Below are positions 59,541-64,000 of a stretch of DNA of 64,000 bases, piece by piece (position 1 is the first letter of the stretch; each line of letters opens with the position of its first letter). Both the position numbers and the translations under genes were made by a program. The DNA is from Felis catus (taxonomy: Eukaryota), in assembly GCF_018350175.1 (NCBI RefSeq), contig NC_058368.1, positions 129,210,001-129,274,000 on the forward strand. Reading direction: 5' to 3'. A model generated the notes under the pieces. It did no database searches. It was not told the origin of the DNA and worked only from the letters and a program-made list of their open reading frames with translations.

Positions 59541-60149
59541 CAAATCCTACAGTCCTTCTTATTTTTGTGGAACCTTCCTTGCCTTCTCAGACTTCAATGG
59601 AGTATAATCACAAAGAGGCTGTATGTCTCTTCCGTTCAAGCTTCCCATGCTCAGGTGGGTCCCTATTTCCCCCTCCTTTAGAGACATTTCATGCAGATTG
59701 TTTTCTGGATCCCTTTCACTATTAGACTAGCCTCGATTTTGAAAATGAGGTTTATTTTCAAGTATTAGAAGTCCAGTCCAGTCTAATGTAAACCTTCAGT
59801 CTCACCTTCAACTCGGAGTTACCCTAAGTTCAGGGTTGTGCAGTTGAGAAAGAGGGGTTGATTCTCTTTTTTCCTTCCCTCTACCTCATTCCCTTGGGGG
59901 CTCTTTCAGGATTCAGGTTGGTATTGGTCAGATTAGAGGAAGAGGGGCAAAAAAATAAATCTGACATCAAGAGTCCCTACAGGCTAATATAGAGAGGCCA
60001 CACAGGGCAGTCCTTTCTAGCAGAGACCATCCTCCATTCTCTGCTGGGGTGCATTTTGGGCTACTTTGAAGAACCTACTCTCTCTAATCACATAAACCTC
60101 ATCCATCCATCTTTTTGCTCTGCTCTACCCACTCTCGCCTTCTTTCCAC

Positions 60150-60530
60150 ATCTCGGTGTTGACATGTTCCTTCCTGCCTCAGAGCTTTTGCAGTTTCATC
60201 CCTCCAGCTGGGAGCCTCCCTCCCTAACCCCTCGACCAGGTAACTCCTAGTCATCTTTCAAATCTCAGCTCAAGCATCAATTCTCTGGACAAGCCTAACT
60301 TGAACTCAGCTCAGGGAAGCCTCCAATCAGGCACTCCCACAGCCATTAATGAAGTCATTGATTATGTACATCGTTGTTTAACATCTGTCTTTCCCACTTG
60401 AATGTGGATTCCAAGAGGGCTTGATAAACAGACATTTGTAAGAATACGTGGATTTTCCCAATAAGCTCACAGGCACTATGACGTGCCAAGCAGATAGTAG
60501 GTATTCAATAAATACTTGTGGCACTGACAT
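60150..60530 (+). mobile_element. L2 3' end
   Basis: cctgcctcagagcttttgca..taactcctagtcatctttcaaatctcagctcaa..gtaggtattcaataaatacttgt. Confidence 0.8.
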
Positions 60531-61899
60531 GAAAAGGAAGGCAGGAGCCATCCATGTTAATCCCTGGATTAGTTATATGACTTAGCACATAGTAGGATTT
60601 CAGTAAATTTCTGTTAACCCAAGTGTTTTGAACAACCTGTTCAGAGTTAACCTAAATAATGGAGAATTGGCTGAAGTGCATTTCTGACCTGACCTATGTC
60701 TTATGGGTGTTTCTGAATGTCATTCAAAGAATTGCTGTGTTATCTTTGGTAAGCCAGACCACTCCTCCGCGGACTTCATATTCCAAGGTTCAGGAGGAAT
60801 ATGTAGCAAAGGGACATGGATAATGTGGTCATAGATCCACAGAGTGACGAGTTCTCATAATTTGTCCCTTAGTTCCCTTCAGTACACTTGTATCTCTGTC
60901 AGCCTAACCAATCCAATCCTTGGTTCCCCAAGCAGGGTCCACCATATGTGCCTTCAACCTGACTTGCATGAAGACTTGTTTTATTAGTCACAATTAGTTG
61001 CAGGTGCAAAGACTGAGGGCACAACTAACTGTAGCTGGAATCACCTCCTCACATACGAAATTAAACACTTGCACACTCAGAATTAGGTTCAAGTGGCTAA
61101 TTGCACCCGGAAGTAGGTAATTGCAGGTGCAATTAGCTGCAAGTGCAGTTTTTCACCCGAGACTAATTGCTCCCAAAGTAAGGAGATAGGGATTGAAAAT
61201 TCAGCACCGAATGGATGTGTGGTTATTGCAACCACCTGTGATTTTAATAGTTCCCCCCCCCCCAGCCACCCCCGACTTACAGTATGGTGGCCTCCCTTTG
61301 GTCTTTATGAACAGTTAGGTTGCTACAATTTTTTGTATATCGTTCTGCAGGATTCTTTTTTCAAGTTGGGTTTTCATTCCCTTGCAAAGTACCTCTTCTT
61401 GAAGAGTTCTGGAATCCCCAGCTTTTTAAAGGACACGTATTTCTCTACAGTGTATCTTCACCTAAAGCCCCATCAGAAATAAGAAATGGTCAATAAGTTG
61501 GACCGCTTAGCGGGTGCTAACTTCCAATTAATTTTTGAACACAGTTTCTTGAGGATTGTCATTTGAACATGATGGATGAAAAATTTCTTCACCTCAAGTG
61601 AGGAAGAGATGGGCTCTCCAACAAACTACCCAGAAAAGCATCTTTACTAGCACGTTCATTCTGACATATTTTTTCCTAATAGCTTTTCTCCAATACCAGT
61701 ATAGGATTCCACTCAAGAAAACAAAAACCACCATAGTATGTTTTAAAGTAATTATAAAATTAAAGCATAATTGGAAAAAAAACAATGAATTTTAATTTAA
61801 ATTGCATTCAATAAAACTAACCAAGGAAACCAAAACTGTTAATACCACTCCAGAAAGTCTTTTGATCATATGAACATTATTGAGGGAAGGAGTTGATGA

Positions 61900-62400
61900 C
61901 CATAGTTGTTTTGACAGAATTTAATAAAGGCACTTAGTTATATTGGTATTAGCAGGCTGAAGTGGCAAAAAAAGGAACCCTGAGGTATCTCAGAGATAAC
62001 TGCAGGAAGCACCTACCACCAAGAGGACTGGGGAAACAGAGGCAAGGGGCTGGGTTGTTAGCACCTAGAAGCTTGAAGAAGTTTCTAGAGCAACTGTAGA
62101 GCTGTCACATAGACCTCGGGTGGAGGGAAGCTGCCTGATGGCTTACTACCTCAGCAACTTAGAGGGGGTACCACACAACTGAGAGCCAGAGCTCCAAGGA
62201 GAGGGCACTGTCCGGCAGTTCCTGGTGCCTTCGGCACTTAGGGGAGAGAGCCTGCAGAGTGGGACCCAGAGCCCTGAGTAGGGCTGCCACCTAGCTAGTA
62301 CCACACTTGTGAAATGACAGCACGTGTTTGTAATGGGGGAGATGCCTTCAGGGTGTACCCCAGAGCCTGGGGCTTGTGGTCTTGGGTCAGATCAAACCTG
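61900..62400. mobile_element. ERVL-type LTR fragment (LTR33/LTR78-79-like)
   Basis: aatttaataaagg..ggaaccctgaggtatctcagagataactgcaggaagcacctaccacc..ggactgggg. Confidence 0.5.
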
Positions 62401-62437
62401 GATGCAACATGTCTTTATATAAGATTAGGAAGTGACA

Positions 62438-62619
62438 GGGGTGCCCGGGTGGCTCATTTGGTTAAGCGTCTGACTCAGTTTCGGCTCGGGTCATGACCTC
62501 ATGGTTGGTAAGTTTGAGCTCTGTATTGGGCTCTGTGCTGACAGCATGGAGCCTGCTTGGGATTCTCTCTCTCTCTGTCACTCTCTCTCTCTCAATCCCT
62601 CTCTCTCTGCTCCTCCCCT

Positions 62620-62664
<45 letters not shown>

Positions 62665-62934
62665 ATAAATAAATAAACTTAAAAAAAAAGTTTTTTTTTA
62701 AATTTTTTTTCAATGTTTATTTATTTTTGGGACAGAGAGAGACAGAGCATGAACGGGGGAGGGGCAGAGAGAGAGGGAGACACAGAATCGGAAACAGGCT
62801 CCAGGCTCTGAGCCATCAGCCCAGAGCCTGACGCGGGGCTCGAACCCACGGACCGCGAGATCGTGACCTGGCTGAAGTCGGACGCTTAACCGACTGCGCC
62901 ACCCAGGCGCCCCTAAAAAAAAAGTTTTTAAAAA
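62438..62934 (+). mobile_element. Older CAN-SINE whose A tail hosts a second SINE
   Basis: ggggtgcccgggtggctc..long (CT)n; outer TSD aagattaggaagtgaca (62421-62437) / aagatggggaagtggca (62935-62951). Confidence 0.94.
62696..62913 (-). mobile_element. Young SINEC_Fc nested in antisense orientation
   Basis: Near-identical to the 13196 and 30216 copies; TSD taaaaaaaaagttttt (62680-62695 / 62914-62929). Confidence 0.97.
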
Positions 62935-64000
62935 AAGATGGGGAAGTGGCAGCTGCAGAAAAGAATTTCTGGAGAAGGCATGTAGGAGGCGAAGTTGAGC
63001 CTGTGTAGGGTGTGTGCTTTCATGTGTGTCTTTTTTCTTTGTCCAGCATTTTTCTTTGCATGGCTTTATTCATTTTATCATGAAGCAGATTGCATGGGGA
63101 GGGGGGAGGGAGGGAAGGAAAGAGGGAGAGAAAATATGACTGTCATAATGAATACAAGCCAGCAGTGGCCTTAAGACGGTGATCTTAGCAGGTGCCTCCA
63201 GCCAGCCCTGCCCAGGTGTCTGTAGCAGATTCCACGTCCTCACATTCACCTGGCTGATCCATATCCCCTCTTCCTTCTTGCTGCCAGAGTTCAGGGCTGC
63301 CTGAAGTCCACCTCCTGACTTGTGCAGAGTGCTGACTCCTCCACATCCCTGCTTAGTCATTCCGAGGTGGGAAGGGATCCCACCAGCTAAGCTGGTGGCA
63401 GCCTCAGCTGAATGCCAAATCTGACTGGGCTGTCGACCCCTTTGAACTCCCTCTGGCTGCGGAATCTGCTATTGTTTAGATCCTGTGGTGTGCAGAGACT
63501 GGTGACAAAGCCCGGTGGTGAGGAGAGAACCGGAGAGAGATGGCAGCCCAGGGGGAATGGAGTGGGGCTGGGGGGTGGGGTGGGAGGACTTTGACTTGGC
63601 CTGGGCAGCGCTCGGAGGGTCCAGGGTGCTCTCTGCTGCAGGAAGGTGATGTTTACTTGGCTACAGGGCCAGCTCCCAATGGACTGCTTCAGCTAAGCAT
63701 TTCCTCTTGGCAAGGGGAGCAAATGTTCCTTTGCCCTTATCACCCTGCTTGGTGGCAACTTGGGCTTTTCAAGAGGGGACATAAATATTAGGGGAAGTTG
63801 GGTCACCTACCAGCCATTTAAACCAAGAAAAATAAATCTTTGCTTCTCAGGATAACAGAACCACACGAAGGAAAGTGCTGGATACAGAAAAAGTAACAGC
63901 TTTTAAAAATCTGACTAACCTACAACAGTCACTAAAGCATTTGATGGTGTTTTTTTCCCACCCCTCCCCTTTGTAGATAGTTTATTGTTCATTTATTCAT

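Noticed and set aside
1..64000. CRISPR arrays, operons or other prokaryotic systems; naming the host locus
   Set aside because: The sequence is mammalian with no regularly spaced repeats, and without exons I cannot identify the neighbouring gene from sequence alone.

Overview
Mammalian genomic DNA, almost certainly from a cat (Felidae), judging by about 17 carnivore tRNA-derived CAN-SINEs that include young SINEC_Fc-type copies with perfect TSDs. I can support no protein-coding exon: the ORF track is explained by repeats, microsatellites and a GC-rich island. The window is non-coding (intronic or gene desert) and rich in old eutherian repeats (MIR, L2, L1M, MLT1/MLT2, LTR33-like, MER5/20/20B/53/58/63/103). 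It also holds a near full-length 7SK retropseudogene (10189-10499), a U6 pseudogene (54519-54614, minus) and an apparently orphan CpG island (~17400-18270). Several repeat-free, homeodomain-motif-rich blocks look like conserved developmental enhancers. The most notable observation is a pair of ~310-340 bp paralogous non-coding elements 12.9 kb apart (4090-4400 and 16969-17305). They share an ordered series of motif blocks and an 82%-identical 68-nt core while their flanks are unrelated, suggesting an ancient locally duplicated enhancer. Repeat family names come from recalled consensus sequences, not a database search, and old-repeat boundaries are approximate.
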